Below are positions 19,965 through 31,209 of a DNA stretch of 64,000 nucleotides, piece after piece. Source of the DNA: an uncultured Terricaulis sp. (GTDB taxonomy: Bacteria > Pseudomonadota > Alphaproteobacteria > Caulobacterales > Aquidulcibacteraceae); the NCBI GenBank assembly GCA_964402795.1, contig CAYODX010000013.1:2535-66534 (forward strand). Direction: 5' to 3'. The notes beneath the pieces are model-generated. The model was not told the origin of the DNA. It saw nothing but the letters and a program-made list of their open reading frames with translations, and made no database searches. Position numbers and translations under genes: made by a program. Position 1 is the first letter of the stretch. Each line of letters starts with the position of its first letter.

Positions 19965-20404
19965 CACCATGACCCGGTGTTCGGCATCGAGGCCCACGGC
20001 TCTCGCTGCGGCAGCGGCGCGCCTTCCTGCAACAGTTCGACTGAGATGCCGTCGGGCGAACGCACGAACGCCATGTGTCCGTCGCGCGGCGGACGATTGA
20101 TTGCGACGCCAGCCTCCATCAGCTTTTGGCAAAGCGCGTAAATATCTTTCACCTGGTATGCCAGGTGGCCGAAATTGCGCCCTGCGGAGTATTCGCGTTC
20201 GTCCCAATTGTAGGTTAGCTCGACCATCGGCGCCTTGTGTTCGCGGGCGCGCTCTGCATCGCCCGGCGCCGCGAGAAAAACCAGCGTGAAGCGGCCGCCT
20301 TCGTTGTCGATGCGGCGCAGTTCGATCAGGCCCAACTTCGCGCAGAAGAAATCAAGCGCGGCATCGAGATCGCCGACGCGGATCATGGTATGCAGGTAGC
20401 GCAT
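19964..20404 (-). CDS. gloA: Lactoylglutathione lyase / VOC family
   Basis: [41 protein letters not shown]. Confidence 0.9.
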   Translation of the reverse strand: MRYLHTMIRVGDLDAALDFFCAKLGLIELRRIDNEGGRFTLVFLAAPGDAERAREHKAPMVELTYNWDEREYSAGRNFGHLAYQVKDIYALCQKLMEAGVAINRPPRDGHMAFVRSPDGISVELLQEGAPLPQREPWASMPNTGSW

Positions 20405-20436
20405 CAGACTCCTCCTTCGCGCAATCTAGGCGCGCG

Positions 20437-20910
20437 TCACCAGGCAGCGCTCGGATTTGCGTCGGACAGCGCTTCGGCGATGCGTCTGCGCGTGCCCATT
20501 GTAGCGCCCTCCGGCAAACGATCCGGCGCGAAGAAAGCGCGTTCGGCAATTTCGCCATCGTTCGCCGGCTGCACCGCACGCCATGCTTCGATCTTGTAGA
20601 CGATGATGTGATCGTTGGGGAAGTTGGCGTGGTTGGCATGAAAGCCGATTAGCCGCGGTTGTTCCGTTGGCTCGACGCCGGCTTCTTCCGCCAATTCCCG
20701 TAGCAGCGCGGAAATGGCTGTCTCGCCATGTTCAACGCCGCCGCCGGGTAGATGCCAGCCATGCGTATAAGTATGGCGCACAAGCAGGACGCGCCCAGCG
20801 TCATCCAAGACGAGGGCGCGGACGCCCAGCGTCATGGGCCTTCGAAGACGCCACCAAAGCCGGAAAACAGGCGTGATTACAGGGCCGAGTCTGATGCGCC
20901 AGGCGGACAC
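20437..20910 (-). CDS. NUDIX hydrolase
   Basis: [11 protein letters not shown]...RELAEEAG Nudix box; start moved to GTG 20910 (uncertain). Confidence 0.88.
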   Translation of the reverse strand: MSAWRIRLGPVITPVFRLWWRLRRPMTLGVRALVLDDAGRVLLVRHTYTHGWHLPGGGVEHGETAISALLRELAEEAGVEPTEQPRLIGFHANHANFPNDHIIVYKIEAWRAVQPANDGEIAERAFFAPDRLPEGATMGTRRRIAEALSDANPSAAW

Positions 20911-21029
20911 GCAAGCGAACCTAGCTGCGCCATTGGCCAGTGCAAGCCGGGGCCCGCGCCTCCTGATGCGGCGTTCTGGTGCTGCGGACTGCGGTTGCGC
21001 CCGCTGCTGAGCGCTGTCATGCGCGCGCC

Positions 21030-21857
21030 ATGAAATCAACTTTGCTGCCGCCGCCGAACCTGCCAGGCGGCCCGTACGTGATGGGCGTCCTCAACGTGAC
21101 GCCCGACTCGTTTTCCGACGGCGGCCTCTTTGAGGGCGCGGCGGCTCCGCGCGGCCTGGCTATGCTGGAAGCCGGCGCTGACATCATCGACGTGGGCGGC
21201 GAGTCGACGCGCCCCGGCGCAGAGCCCGTCGACGAGGCCGAAGAAATCGCGCGTGTCGTGCCGGTGATCGCAGCGCTAAGGGCCGCCACCAAGGCGCCGA
21301 TCTCGATCGACACCATGAAGCCTGCTGTCGCGCGCGCGGCGATCAGCGCCGGCGCCAGCATGTGGAATGACGTGTATGCTTTGCGTGCGCCAGGCGCGGT
21401 GGAAACGGCTGCTGCGCTGCATCGACCCGTCGTGCTGATGCACATGCAAGGCGAGCCTCGCACCATGCAGAACGATCCGCGCTACGGCGACGTAACTGCT
21501 GAGGTGATTGCGTTCCTCCGCGCGCGCATCGAAGCCGCCGAAGCGATGGGTGTCAGCGACATTTGGGTCGACCCCGGAATTGGTTTCGGCAAAACAGTCG
21601 AGCATAATCTGGCGCTGCTCGCCAATCTGGAGCGCATTGCGGAAGAGACCGGACGCCCTGTCCTCATAGGCGCCTCGCGCAAACGCTTCATTCAAGCCAT
21701 TGACCAGCGTGCAAATGACGCGGGCCGCAGCCGTCTCGGCGGCTCGGTGGCCGCCGCTCTGCTTGCGGCGCAGCGAGGCGCGGGTATGGTGCGCGTGCAC
21801 GATGTGGCGGAGACAGTGCAAGCGCTGAAACTGTGGCGGGCTTGCTCTCGTGCATGA
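21030..21857 (+). CDS. folP: Dihydropteroate synthase
   Basis: [43 protein letters not shown]. Confidence 0.97.
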   Translation: MKSTLLPPPNLPGGPYVMGVLNVTPDSFSDGGLFEGAAAPRGLAMLEAGADIIDVGGESTRPGAEPVDEAEEIARVVPVIAALRAATKAPISIDTMKPAVARAAISAGASMWNDVYALRAPGAVETAAALHRPVVLMHMQGEPRTMQNDPRYGDVTAEVIAFLRARIEAAEAMGVSDIWVDPGIGFGKTVEHNLALLANLERIAEETGRPVLIGASRKRFIQAIDQRANDAGRSRLGGSVAAALLAAQRGAGMVRVHDVAETVQALKLWRACSRA

Positions 21858-22070
21858 CACTGGGCCGGCGTGTTATTCGCTGCAGCGCCGGAAGGACAGT
21901 CGCCATGGCCATGACCCTCTTAGAGCCCATCTGGCCATCGTTCCTGAGCGTTGGGCGGGCAAACTCAGTGCTCGGCGAGGCGGGGTCGACATGGTGGTGA
22001 AAGAGGCTGATCTTACGCACAACGGTTTTCTTCAGGTCGGTCTCGAAGGCGAACGCTGTCCGAGTAATCC

Positions 22071-22871
22071 ATGAAAGGCCGCATCCTCATCATCGCTGGT
22101 TCGGATTCTGGGGGCGGCGCTGGCATTCAGGCCGACATCAAGACTGTGACCGCACTTGGCGGGTACGCGATGACGGCGATCAGCGCCGTGACGGTGCAGA
22201 ATACGATTGGCGTGACAAACGTGCATGCGATTCCGCCCGGCATCCTGCGCGAGCAGATTGACGCCGTGATCGGTGATTTGGGCGCCGATGTGTGGAAGCT
22301 CGGCATGCTTGGCTCGGCCGCGCATGTGGGCGCAGTAATGGACGCCTGGTACGCGTCGGGAGAGGGCGTGCCAGTCGTGCTCGATCCGGTCATGATCGCC
22401 AAAGGCGGGGCGAGTTTGCTGGCCGAAGACGCGATCGCGGTGATACGCGACGAGCTCATGCCGCTTGCAGCCATCGTCACGCCGAACGCTCCAGAGGCGC
22501 AGGCGCTGACGGGCGTCGAGGTGCGCGGTCTCGATGGCCAAATCGAAGCCGCCGAGGTGCTGGTGGAACAACTCGGCGCCTATTCCGCCTTGGTTAAAGG
22601 AGGGCACGTTGAGGGTGACGTCGTGCGCGACGTGCTTCTGACGCGCGATGGCTATCGCGTGTTCGAAAGTCCGCGCATCGAGACGCGCGCAACGCATGGC
22701 ACGGGTTGCACGCTGGCCTCGGCGATCGCAGCCTACCTGGCCTTCGGTTCGCCGATAGAGGCCGCTGTGGAGAAAGGGCGGACCTACCTCATGGAGGCCA
22801 TTCGCCAGGCGCCGGGCTTTGGGAAGGGCCATGGGCCGCTCAAACACAATTGGAATGTGACCCCGCCTTAA
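22071..22871 (+). CDS. thiD: Hydroxymethylpyrimidine/phosphomethylpyrimidine kinase
   Basis: IAGSDSGGGAGIQADIKT, TPN..EA, KGGH, THGTGCTL. Confidence 0.96.
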   Translation: MKGRILIIAGSDSGGGAGIQADIKTVTALGGYAMTAISAVTVQNTIGVTNVHAIPPGILREQIDAVIGDLGADVWKLGMLGSAAHVGAVMDAWYASGEGVPVVLDPVMIAKGGASLLAEDAIAVIRDELMPLAAIVTPNAPEAQALTGVEVRGLDGQIEAAEVLVEQLGAYSALVKGGHVEGDVVRDVLLTRDGYRVFESPRIETRATHGTGCTLASAIAAYLAFGSPIEAAVEKGRTYLMEAIRQAPGFGKGHGPLKHNWNVTPP

Positions 22872-22982
22872 GGCTGCTTTCGCCTCTGACGCGAGTTGAC
22901 GCCACGCTTAGTCGGAGACTGCGCTGGCGCGCGGCGCCGCCAGCCGCCATATCTCGCAGCAGAGGGAATTCGCCGGCGCCGT

Positions 22983-24005
22983 ATGAAGATCTGGATCGTT
23001 CACGCTTTCACAGACCGGGTCTTCACCGGCAATCCTGCGGCTGTAGCCCCGCTGGAGCGCTGGCTGCCGGACGCGATGCTGCAGGCCATCGCCACCGAGA
23101 ACAAGCTCAGCGAAACGGCGTTCATCGTGCCCACCGGGTTGAGGGGCAATTACCAGATGCGCTGGTTCACGCCTGCCACCGAAGTGCCGTTATGCGGGCA
23201 TGCGACGCTCGCTGCCGGCGCTGTGCTGCTGTCGGAGATCGAACCCGATCTCGAAGTCGTCGTGTTCGACACGCACGCCGGCGCGCTTGTCGTGCGTCGC
23301 ACCAACGAGGGCTACACGCTCGATCTGCCGCGCAAACAACGCTCGCCGTGGACGCCGCCTGAAGAATTGCTCGCCGCGCTCGGGGTCGATGAAATCACCG
23401 ACGCGTACGTCGCTGAGTACGCGAATGTCGTACTCGACAATGAGAAGCAAGTGGCCGAGTTGAAGCCCGACATCGCCGCAATCAACCGGATCGTTCGCGG
23501 ACCTCGCCAAGGGATGCTCGTGATCAGCGCCCCCGCGGACGAGGGACGACCCTACGATTTCGTGCAGCGCTTCTTTTGTCCCGGCGTCGGCATCGACGAA
23601 GACCCTGTCACCGGATCGGCTTTCGCCGACGTCGCGCCCTATTGGTGCGACCGCTTCGATCTGGAAAGTGTCGTCGGGTACCAAGCGTCGAAGCGCGGCG
23701 GCTATATGCGCGCGGTGCAGACACTTTCGAGCGTGCGCTTGCTCGGACAGGTCGCCGTGTATTTGCGCGGTGAACTTGATGCTGCGCTGACACGCCAGCA
23801 CAACCGGCTCGGCGAGCACCCAGAAGCGCCGCAACGCAAGAAACGGCGCGCGCGCAAAGCCAAGGCGCTGCCGGCTATTTTCGAAGAGCCGATGCTGCCT
23901 GGTCTGGACGATGAGGCGCCGCCCTCGCCGCCGACATCGCATCCCGTGCCGCCGGCCAGCGATGACCCTCCCGCTCCCCGCATCGTGGTCACTGGCGGCA
24001 AGTAA
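22983..24005 (+). CDS. PhzF family isomerase with low-complexity C-terminal tail
   Basis: [36 protein letters not shown]. Confidence 0.9.
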   Translation: MKIWIVHAFTDRVFTGNPAAVAPLERWLPDAMLQAIATENKLSETAFIVPTGLRGNYQMRWFTPATEVPLCGHATLAAGAVLLSEIEPDLEVVVFDTHAGALVVRRTNEGYTLDLPRKQRSPWTPPEELLAALGVDEITDAYVAEYANVVLDNEKQVAELKPDIAAINRIVRGPRQGMLVISAPADEGRPYDFVQRFFCPGVGIDEDPVTGSAFADVAPYWCDRFDLESVVGYQASKRGGYMRAVQTLSSVRLLGQVAVYLRGELDAALTRQHNRLGEHPEAPQRKKRRARKAKALPAIFEEPMLPGLDDEAPPSPPTSHPVPPASDDPPAPRIVVTGGK

Positions 24006-24055
24006 CCAAGCCCATTGCAAAGTTCCGCAAACGAGAGCAGGTGGTAAGCGGGCCA

Positions 24056-24093
24056 TCCGCTCCCAACGGCGGACGCCCATCTGTGAGGATGGG
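24056..24093 (+). promoter_or_regulatory. serC leader RNA-like element
   Basis: Hairpin TCCGC-TCCCAACG-GCGGA then CCCATC-TGTGAG-GATGGG overlapping the SD; resembles the known alphaproteobacterial serC leader. Confidence 0.65.
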
Positions 24094-24103
24094 AGACAAG
24101 TTG

Positions 24104-25273
24104 ATGACAGGCACCCCCAAGCCGGCGCTGCGCCCGGCTGATCCCCGGTTTTCTTCGGGACCTACCAAAAAACGTCCTGGCTGGAGCACCGATGCGTTGA
24201 AAGACGCAGCGCTCGGCCGCTCGCACCGCGCCAAGCCGGGGAAAGCGAAGCTCAAAGAGGCGATCGACCGCACCCGGGCGATCCTAGGCGTGCCGGAAAC
24301 GCACAAGATCGGCATTGTCCCCGCTTCGGACACCGGCGCCATGGAGATGGCGATGTGGAGCATGCTCGGCCCGCGCCCGGTCGATATCTTCGCTTGGGAA
24401 AGCTTCGGGGAAGAGTGGGTCGCCGACGCCAAGCAATTGAAGCTCGACGCCAAGGTGCATACGGCCGGCTACGGCGCGCTCCCCAATCTGGCCGCAGCGC
24501 GGCGCGACGCCGACATCATCTTCACCCAGAACGGCACCACCTCAGGCGTTCGCGTGCCCAACTTCGACTGGATCGCCGCCGACCGCGAGGGCATCACCAT
24601 CAATGACGCGACCAGCGCCGTGTTCGCGCAGCCGGTGGATTGGGCCAAGTGCGATGTGACCACGTTCTCGTGGCAAAAGGTGCTTGGCGGCGAGGCAGCC
24701 CACGGCATGTTGATCCTCGGCCCGCGCGCGATTGCCCGCCTTGAGAGCTTCACGCCTGACCGGCCTCTGCCGAAGATTTTCCGCCTGACCAAGAAGGGGA
24801 AGGTCGATCTCGAAATCTTCGAAGGCTCGACGATCAACACGCCCTCGCTGCTGGCGACCGAGGATTACATCGACGCGCTGAAATGGGCGGAAGCAATAGG
24901 CGGCCTTGAGGCGCTGATTGCGCGCGCCAACGCCAACACCAGGGCGCTGCTCGATTGGGTGGCCAAAACGCCGTGGATCGCGTCGCTTGCGAACGATCCG
25001 GCGACCCAATCCAACACTGGCGTTTGCCTCAAGGTGGTCGATCCGCGCGTCGTCGCGCTCGATGACGCCGGGCAAGCCGATTTTGCAAAGAAACTCGCGT
25101 CGCTGCTGGAGAAGGAGGGCGTCGCGTTCGACGCCGCCTCCTATCGCGCCGCGCCTCCGGGCTTGCGCATATGGTGCGGCGCGACGGTGGACGCCGCGGA
25201 TGTAGAAGCGCTCACGCCATGGCTCGACTGGGCGTTCGCCGCGCTCGTCAGCGAACTCAAGGAAGCCGCTTAA
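24104..25273 (+). CDS. serC: Phosphoserine aminotransferase (alphaproteobacterial type)
   Basis: [48 protein letters not shown]. Confidence 0.96.
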   Translation: MTGTPKPALRPADPRFSSGPTKKRPGWSTDALKDAALGRSHRAKPGKAKLKEAIDRTRAILGVPETHKIGIVPASDTGAMEMAMWSMLGPRPVDIFAWESFGEEWVADAKQLKLDAKVHTAGYGALPNLAAARRDADIIFTQNGTTSGVRVPNFDWIAADREGITINDATSAVFAQPVDWAKCDVTTFSWQKVLGGEAAHGMLILGPRAIARLESFTPDRPLPKIFRLTKKGKVDLEIFEGSTINTPSLLATEDYIDALKWAEAIGGLEALIARANANTRALLDWVAKTPWIASLANDPATQSNTGVCLKVVDPRVVALDDAGQADFAKKLASLLEKEGVAFDAASYRAAPPGLRIWCGATVDAADVEALTPWLDWAFAALVSELKEAA

Positions 25274-25276
25274 TCG

Positions 25277-25376
25277 GTCATCTCGGACGCGCGAAACGCG
25301 ATCCGGGATCGAGGGCGGCCAAGCACATCGTTGCCCTGGGTCCCGGGCTCTTCGCTGCAGGTAGCCTCGGGATGAC
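25277..25376. repeat. REP-like palindromic element (GTCATC...GATGAC)
   Basis: Ends GTCATCTCG/CGGGATGAC, internal CCGGGATC..GGTCCCGG; same architecture as 13028-13135. Confidence 0.65.
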
Positions 25377-25402
25377 GCGCTCAATCGCCAAAGGAATGCC
25401 CA

Positions 25403-26983
25403 ATGTCAAAAGTCCTCATCAGCGACGAACTCAGCGAAGCTGCAGTCAATATCTTCAAGAATCGCGGCATCGACGTTGATTTTCAGCCAAAGCTCGGCCC
25501 GGACGCGGCCAAGCTGAAAGAGATCATCGGCAATTATGATGGCCTCGCCATCCGCTCGGCGACAAAAGTCAAAGCGGACGTCATCGCTGCGGCGAAGAAC
25601 CTCAAAGTAATCGGTCGCGCCGGCATCGGCGTCGACAATGTCGACATCCCCGCCGCAACCGCGAAAGGGATTGTGGTGATGAACACGCCGTTCGGCAATT
25701 CGATCACCACTGCCGAGCACGCGATTGCTCTGATGTTCGCAGCGGCGCGCCAGCTCGCGGCGGCGGATGTTTCGACTCAAGCCGGCAAGTGGGAAAAGAA
25801 CCGCTTCATGGGCGTCGAGCTCTACGCCAAGACGCTCGGCCTGATTGGCTGCGGCAATATAGGCTCGATCGTCGCCGACCGCGCGTTGGGCCTGAAAATG
25901 AAAGTGATCGCTTACGACCCCTTCCTCTCGCCGGAGCGGGCGGTGCAGATTGGCGTCGAGAAAGTTGAACTGGAAGACTTGCTGGCGCGCGCCGACGTCA
26001 TCTCGCTGCACGTGCCCATGACAGAGAAGACGAAGAATATCCTTTCGCGTGAAAACCTCGCAAAGACCAAGCAGGGCGTCATTATAGTCAATGCCGCACG
26101 CGGCGGATTGGTGGACGAACAGGCGCTGCGCGAAGCACTGGAAAGCGAGCATGTCTCGGCTGCGGCGTTTGACGTTTTCACCGTGGAGCCGGCGAAAGAA
26201 AACGTGCTGTTCGGTGCGCCGAATTTCATCGCCACACCGCATTTGGGCGCCTCGACTAATGAAGCGCAGGAGAACGTCGCGCTCCAGGTCGCGGAGCAGA
26301 TGAGCGATTATCTGCTGACCGGCGCCGTGACCAATGCGCTCAACATGCCCTCCATCACCTCGGAAGAGGCCCCGCGGCTGAAGCCATTTGCGGCGCTGGC
26401 GGAAAAACTCGGCGCGTTTGCGGGGCAGATCGCCGATGAGGGGCTCGACGAAGTCGAAATCGAATATGAAGGGGAGGTCGCTCAGCTGAACACCAAGCCG
26501 CTCACGGCGGCGGCGCTCGCCGGCATGCTGCGGCCCTTGCTGCAGGACGTGAACGTCGTCTCTGCGCCGGCGCTGCTGAAGGAGCGGGGCGTGCCGCTGA
26601 CCGAAAGCACGCGCGAAACCTCGCCGATTTACGACAGTCTGATCCGCATAAAGGTGAAGACGGGAGGTAAATGGCGCACGCTTGCCGGCACGGTGGTGGC
26701 AGGCATGCCCAAGATCGCGGAAGTGAAGCTGATGCAGCTCGAAGCGCCGTTCCTGCCGGCAATGCTGTTCGTCAACAACTCGGACAAACCAGGGTTCATT
26801 GGCGCGCTCGGCACGCTGCTCGGCGAAGCTGGGGTGAACATCGCCACGTTCCATCTCGGCCGCGAAGCCGCCGGCGCCGACGCGATCGCGCTGGTTGGCA
26901 TCGATGAGGCCCCGGCCGAGTCCGTAATGGCGCAGATCAAGGCGCTGCCGCAGGTTCGGTACGCAAAGTTGCTGAAGTTTTGA
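25403..26983 (+). CDS. serA: D-3-phosphoglycerate dehydrogenase
   Basis: RAGIGVDNVD, GCGNIG, TPHLGAST, C-terminal ACT domain (DKPGFIG). Confidence 0.97.
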   Translation: MSKVLISDELSEAAVNIFKNRGIDVDFQPKLGPDAAKLKEIIGNYDGLAIRSATKVKADVIAAAKNLKVIGRAGIGVDNVDIPAATAKGIVVMNTPFGNSITTAEHAIALMFAAARQLAAADVSTQAGKWEKNRFMGVELYAKTLGLIGCGNIGSIVADRALGLKMKVIAYDPFLSPERAVQIGVEKVELEDLLARADVISLHVPMTEKTKNILSRENLAKTKQGVIIVNAARGGLVDEQALREALESEHVSAAAFDVFTVEPAKENVLFGAPNFIATPHLGASTNEAQENVALQVAEQMSDYLLTGAVTNALNMPSITSEEAPRLKPFAALAEKLGAFAGQIADEGLDEVEIEYEGEVAQLNTKPLTAAALAGMLRPLLQDVNVVSAPALLKERGVPLTESTRETSPIYDSLIRIKVKTGGKWRTLAGTVVAGMPKIAEVKLMQLEAPFLPAMLFVNNSDKPGFIGALGTLLGEAGVNIATFHLGREAAGADAIALVGIDEAPAESVMAQIKALPQVRYAKLLKF

Positions 26984-26989
26984 GCCGCG

Positions 26990-27014
26990 GGAACTGCGTC
27001 GCCGCGGCGGTGTT
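26990..27014 (+). promoter_or_regulatory. Candidate EcfG/sigma-T promoter
   Basis: GGAAC-N16-TGTT upstream of first PagL-like gene. Confidence 0.45.
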
Positions 27015-27061
27015 GAGTACCGTCACCGCCGCGCGTGAAGCGCGGCTGCGAGGGGGTGCTC

Positions 27062-27658
27062 ATGAAACTCGGGCTGTTGCTGACTTTGGTGCTGTCGGCC
27101 GCGGCGGTCGCGACGCCGGCTGAGGCGCGCATCGACGAGTGGCGCATCGGCGCTGTCGCCAACATCCGCAATGATCACGGCGAGATCGTCGAGGGAAAAG
27201 AAGAGGGCGTGAATGTGGAAATCGAGCTGGTGGCGAAGTCGCCTGCTTGGCTCGAGTTGATCGGCTCGCCGCGGCCGTACGCATTTGGCTCGATCGCCAC
27301 CAACGCGGATGGAGTCAATTTCGGCGGCGTCGGTTTATTGTGGCGCTGGGAATTCGCCGACGGTTGGGCTTTCGAACCGGGCGTCGGCTACATCGTTCAT
27401 GATGGCCAGCGCGACAATCCCTACGCACTTGGAAGCCCGGAAGCGGCTGCATTCGAGGCCGACAACCAATTGCTCGGTTCGCGCGACCTCTTCCGCGAGA
27501 GCCTCGCGCTGGAACGCGAATTCGGCGATCGTTTCGCCATGCAAATCTATTGGGAGCACATGAGCCACGGTCAGATCCTCGACGAGGGCCGCAACCAGGG
27601 TCTCGACTATGTCGGCACGCGCTTCATCCTGCGGTTCAGCCCAGATCCGGCGGAATGA
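27062..27658 (+). CDS. PagL-like lipid A 3-O-deacylase / acyloxyacyl hydrolase beta-barrel
   Basis: Signal peptide; LLGSRDLFR..EHMSHG..NQGLD motif. Confidence 0.78.
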   Translation: MKLGLLLTLVLSAAAVATPAEARIDEWRIGAVANIRNDHGEIVEGKEEGVNVEIELVAKSPAWLELIGSPRPYAFGSIATNADGVNFGGVGLLWRWEFADGWAFEPGVGYIVHDGQRDNPYALGSPEAAAFEADNQLLGSRDLFRESLALEREFGDRFAMQIYWEHMSHGQILDEGRNQGLDYVGTRFILRFSPDPAE

Positions 27659-27718
27659 TCCGCTTCCCTCAGCGCGGGTGGGACACTAATGTCCCACTGC
27701 GAGTTGGGGGAGGAGCAG

Positions 27719-28303
27719 ATGCGGACCGGTTGGGCTGGACTTGCGGCATTCGGCGCGGTCGTGGCGCTGGCGCCTACAGCAAGCGCGGGTGTGGATGAAC
27801 TTCATGTCGGGGTCATGCAGCACAATATCTGCGTCACCGATTGCAAGAACGCCGACAAGGAGAACGGACCGAACGTCGAATTTCAGGTCTCGTTCGAGTC
27901 ACCTGGTTTTCTGCATTGGGCCGGTTCGCCGCAGCCGTTCGTAATGGCCTCGGTCAACACTGCCGGCGACACCAGCTTCGGTGGAATCGGGTTGGAATGG
28001 CGCTGGCAATTTGCGGATGACTGGGCGCTGGAGCCGAGCGTCGGCTATGTGATGCACAATGGCGAGACCAACAATCCGTTCGCCAACGGCACCCCCGAAG
28101 CGGCGGCCTTCGCCGAGGATCACGTGCTGCTCGGATCGGAGGATTTGTTTCGATCATCGCTGGCGCTGACGCGGGATTTGCCCGGCCCATGGGAAGTGCA
28201 GGTGCTGTTCGAGCACCTGAGTCACGGCCAGATTCTGGGGCATGGGCGCAACCAAGGACTGGACGAGATCGGCATCCGTTTCGGCTATCAGTTGGGCGGG
28301 TGA
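27719..28303 (+). CDS. Second PagL-like paralog
   Basis: Signal peptide; LLGSEDLFR..EHLSHG..NQGLD; clear similarity to upstream gene. Confidence 0.78.
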   Translation: MRTGWAGLAAFGAVVALAPTASAGVDELHVGVMQHNICVTDCKNADKENGPNVEFQVSFESPGFLHWAGSPQPFVMASVNTAGDTSFGGIGLEWRWQFADDWALEPSVGYVMHNGETNNPFANGTPEAAAFAEDHVLLGSEDLFRSSLALTRDLPGPWEVQVLFEHLSHGQILGHGRNQGLDEIGIRFGYQLGG

Positions 28304-28389
28304 GGCGTCGGCGGGCGGCGTGCTTGCGTTGCGCGGTGAAGCGGGCCAGGAAGCGTCACTGGCGGGGTGTCGCCGTTTGAGGAGCAGGC

Positions 28390-29679
28390 ATGTCAGGCGT
28401 GGTCGTCGTCGGCGCTCAGTGGGGCGACGAAGGCAAAGGCAAGATCGTCGATTGGCTGTGTAACCGGGCAGACGTCGTGGTGCGCTTTCAGGGCGGCCAC
28501 AACGCAGGACACACACTCGTTGTCGGCAACACTACCTATAAGCTGGCGCTGCTGCCTTCGGGCGTAGTGCAGGGCAAACTCTCGATCATCGGCAACGGTG
28601 TTGTTGTTGATCCATGGGCGCTCGCGAGTGAAATCGAGAAGATTGAAGCCCAAGGCGTCAGGATCGATCCTGGCAAGCTGGTGCTTTCGGACCAAGCCTG
28701 CTTGATCCTGCCATTCCACCGCGATCTTGACGCTGCGCGCGAGGCGCAGGCGGGCGCAGCCTCGATCGGCACGACCAAGCGCGGCATCGGTCCTGCGTAC
28801 GAGGACAAAGTCGGCCGCCGCGCCATTCGCGTCGCCGATCTCGCCGACCCCGAAGCCATCGACTGGAAGATCGAGCGCCTCACAGCGCACCATAACGCGC
28901 TTCGAAAAGGGCTCGACCTGCCGGAGATCGACGTGGCCGCGCTGAAGCGCGAATTGGCTCTGATCGGGCCGAAAGTGCTGCCCTTTGCGCGGCCGGCTTG
29001 GCGCGTGCTCAATGCCGCGTTCGAGGATTCCAAGCGCGTTCTGTTCGAGGGCGCCCAAGGCATGCTGCTCGATGTCGATCACGGCACCTACCCATTCGTG
29101 ACATCATCCAATGTCGCGGCGGGTCAGGCCTCGGCGGGCTCCGGCATCGGTCCGCGCAAAATCTCGTACGTGCTGGGCCTGGTGAAGGCGTACACCACGC
29201 GCGTCGGCGCCGGGCCATTTCCGACGGAGTTGCATGACGAGAGCGGCAGACGACTCGGCGAAGTCGGCCACGAATTCGGCACCAACACCGGCAGGGCGCG
29301 CCGCTGCGGCTGGTTCGATGCGGTGTTGGTGCGCCAATCGATCGCGCTGTCAGGCATCGATGGCATCGCGCTGACCAAGCTCGATGTGCTTGATGGCTTT
29401 GACGAGATCAAAATCTGCACCGGCTACGAACTCGGCGGCAAAGTGCTTGATTATCTGCCTGCAAGCCTGAAGGAGCAGGAATCTGTCACGCCAATTTACG
29501 AGTCTCTGGAGGGGTGGAAATCGACGACTCGGGGCGTCCGCAGCTCGCGCGATTTGCCTGCAAACGCGATCAAGTATGTCCGCCGCATCGAGGAATTGAT
29601 CGGTTGCCCAGCGGCGCTGGTGTCCACCAGTCCAGAGCGAGATGACGTCATTCTGATGCGCGACCCCTTCAAGGCGTGA
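28390..29679 (+). CDS. purA: Adenylosuccinate synthase
   Basis: [37 protein letters not shown]. Confidence 0.98.
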   Translation: MSGVVVVGAQWGDEGKGKIVDWLCNRADVVVRFQGGHNAGHTLVVGNTTYKLALLPSGVVQGKLSIIGNGVVVDPWALASEIEKIEAQGVRIDPGKLVLSDQACLILPFHRDLDAAREAQAGAASIGTTKRGIGPAYEDKVGRRAIRVADLADPEAIDWKIERLTAHHNALRKGLDLPEIDVAALKRELALIGPKVLPFARPAWRVLNAAFEDSKRVLFEGAQGMLLDVDHGTYPFVTSSNVAAGQASAGSGIGPRKISYVLGLVKAYTTRVGAGPFPTELHDESGRRLGEVGHEFGTNTGRARRCGWFDAVLVRQSIALSGIDGIALTKLDVLDGFDEIKICTGYELGGKVLDYLPASLKEQESVTPIYESLEGWKSTTRGVRSSRDLPANAIKYVRRIEELIGCPAALVSTSPERDDVILMRDPFKA

Positions 29680-29760
29680 GGCAACGGAAAACTGCGCAGA
29701 CGGGCGAGCGCGGTTGACACTATCGGCCGCTGCCTGTTGCCTTAAGGGCTGGAGAAACGA

Positions 29761-30396
29761 ATGTCCGCCGATAACGACAACCGCGCTCACTCGCGCTTCA
29801 ACGTCGAAGAGGCGCGTGCGAAGGCGCAGCAAGCGCTCCGCAAGTCAGAGTTCATTCTGTCGCGCGCCTACGGCCTGCTGCGCGAGCCGAAGAAGGAATG
29901 GGAGCAGATCAAGGCCGAGCAAACCACCGTGCCGAGCATCCTGATCGGCTATGTGGCGCCGCTTGCGGCTATTCCGCCGGTCTGCGATTTGATCGGGTCG
30001 ACCTTGTTCAACCGCATGCTGCAGACCGCGCCGGCTGAAGCTTTCGTGCGCGGGCTAGTGACATGGCTGGTTACGGTAGCGTTGGTGTTTTTGCTTGGTT
30101 TGCTCATCAACGCACTGGCCGAAAACTTCGAGGCTGATCGCGACGACCTTGGCGCGCATAAGATCGCCGCCTATGCGCTGACGCCGGCTTTTCTATCCGG
30201 GGTGTTCTCATTGTGGCCGCCGCTCTGGTGGCTTTCGTTGTTCGCGCTCGCGGCGATGGTCTTTCTGATGTACCGGGGATTGCCGATTCTGATGAAGGCG
30301 CCGCAGGAACGGGCGCTCAGTTATGCTGCGACCGTAACGATCGCGGCTATGGTTGCCGGCATCGTTCTGTTTTCGCTGGCGAGTTGCGTGACCTGA
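29761..30396 (+). CDS. Yip1 family membrane protein
   Basis: P..EW..I..E, YVAPLAAIP, multiple TM, GLPILMKAP. Confidence 0.8.
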   Translation: MSADNDNRAHSRFNVEEARAKAQQALRKSEFILSRAYGLLREPKKEWEQIKAEQTTVPSILIGYVAPLAAIPPVCDLIGSTLFNRMLQTAPAEAFVRGLVTWLVTVALVFLLGLLINALAENFEADRDDLGAHKIAAYALTPAFLSGVFSLWPPLWWLSLFALAAMVFLMYRGLPILMKAPQERALSYAATVTIAAMVAGIVLFSLASCVT

Positions 30397-30469
30397 AGCA
30401 AGCTTGGTGGCCGCCAGCCCGATGCGGCGCTAGCATCCGCGGCACAATTGAGTCGCCGGGGAGGGCCTC

Positions 30470-31093
30470 ATGACAATGCAACCTAGCGCCGGTTCGGCGG
30501 GTCTCGTTGATCGGGTCAAGAACATTCTGCTGACGCCGCAGGCCGAGTGGGACAAGATCGCCGCTGAACCCGCCGACCTGAGCAAGCTCTATATGGGCTA
30601 TGTGCTGCCGCTCGCCGCACTGGGCGCCATCTGCGGTTTCATTGGCATGTCGATCTTCGGTTATTCCGGCTTTGGCATCGTCTATCGTGTGCCCATTGTG
30701 GCTGGCGTTGTCGGCGCCGTGTTGCAGGTCGCGATGGGTCTGGCCGGCGTCTATGTGATGGCGATGATCACCAACGCGCTGGCGCCGAATTTTGCGTCGA
30801 CGCCTGACCCCGGCCAAGCGCACAAGCTTTCGGCGTATGGGTCCACGGCAGGTTTTCTCGCCGGCGTGTTCTCGATCTTTCCGCCGCTGGCGATGCTTGG
30901 CATCGTGGGTCTCTATTCTCTCGTCCTGATCTTCATCGGTCTGCCCCGTCTGATGAAGACGCCGGACGACAAACGCGTGGCGTTTTTCGCCACGATCATC
31001 GTGCTCGACATCGTCGTGTTCCTGGTGATCGGCATGGTGCTGGGCGCAGTGCGCTCTGCAGCAGGCATGGGCGTGCCGGGCATGCTGGGCTGA
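30470..31093 (+). CDS. Yip1 family membrane protein (paralog)
   Basis: RVKNILLTPQAEW, YVLPLAA, GLPRLMKTP. Confidence 0.85.
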   Translation: MTMQPSAGSAGLVDRVKNILLTPQAEWDKIAAEPADLSKLYMGYVLPLAALGAICGFIGMSIFGYSGFGIVYRVPIVAGVVGAVLQVAMGLAGVYVMAMITNALAPNFASTPDPGQAHKLSAYGSTAGFLAGVFSIFPPLAMLGIVGLYSLVLIFIGLPRLMKTPDDKRVAFFATIIVLDIVVFLVIGMVLGAVRSAAGMGVPGMLG

Positions 31094-31209
31094 CGGACCG
31101 CATTGATTTGCAGCAATGTTGGTTGGGAGCGCTCGGTCCATGCTAACAATGGGCCGAGCGTCCGCGCGTTGGGACGCTCAGCCCTCTCCAGCCAAGTGGA
31201 CGACCGCAC

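Noticed and set aside
25406-26854. Long antisense ORFs (also 4408-5262, 9354-10583, 51788-53077, 54138-55508, 58063-59463, 60225-61661)
   Set aside because: Shadow frames of well-identified genes caused by GC-rich codon bias; no protein motifs
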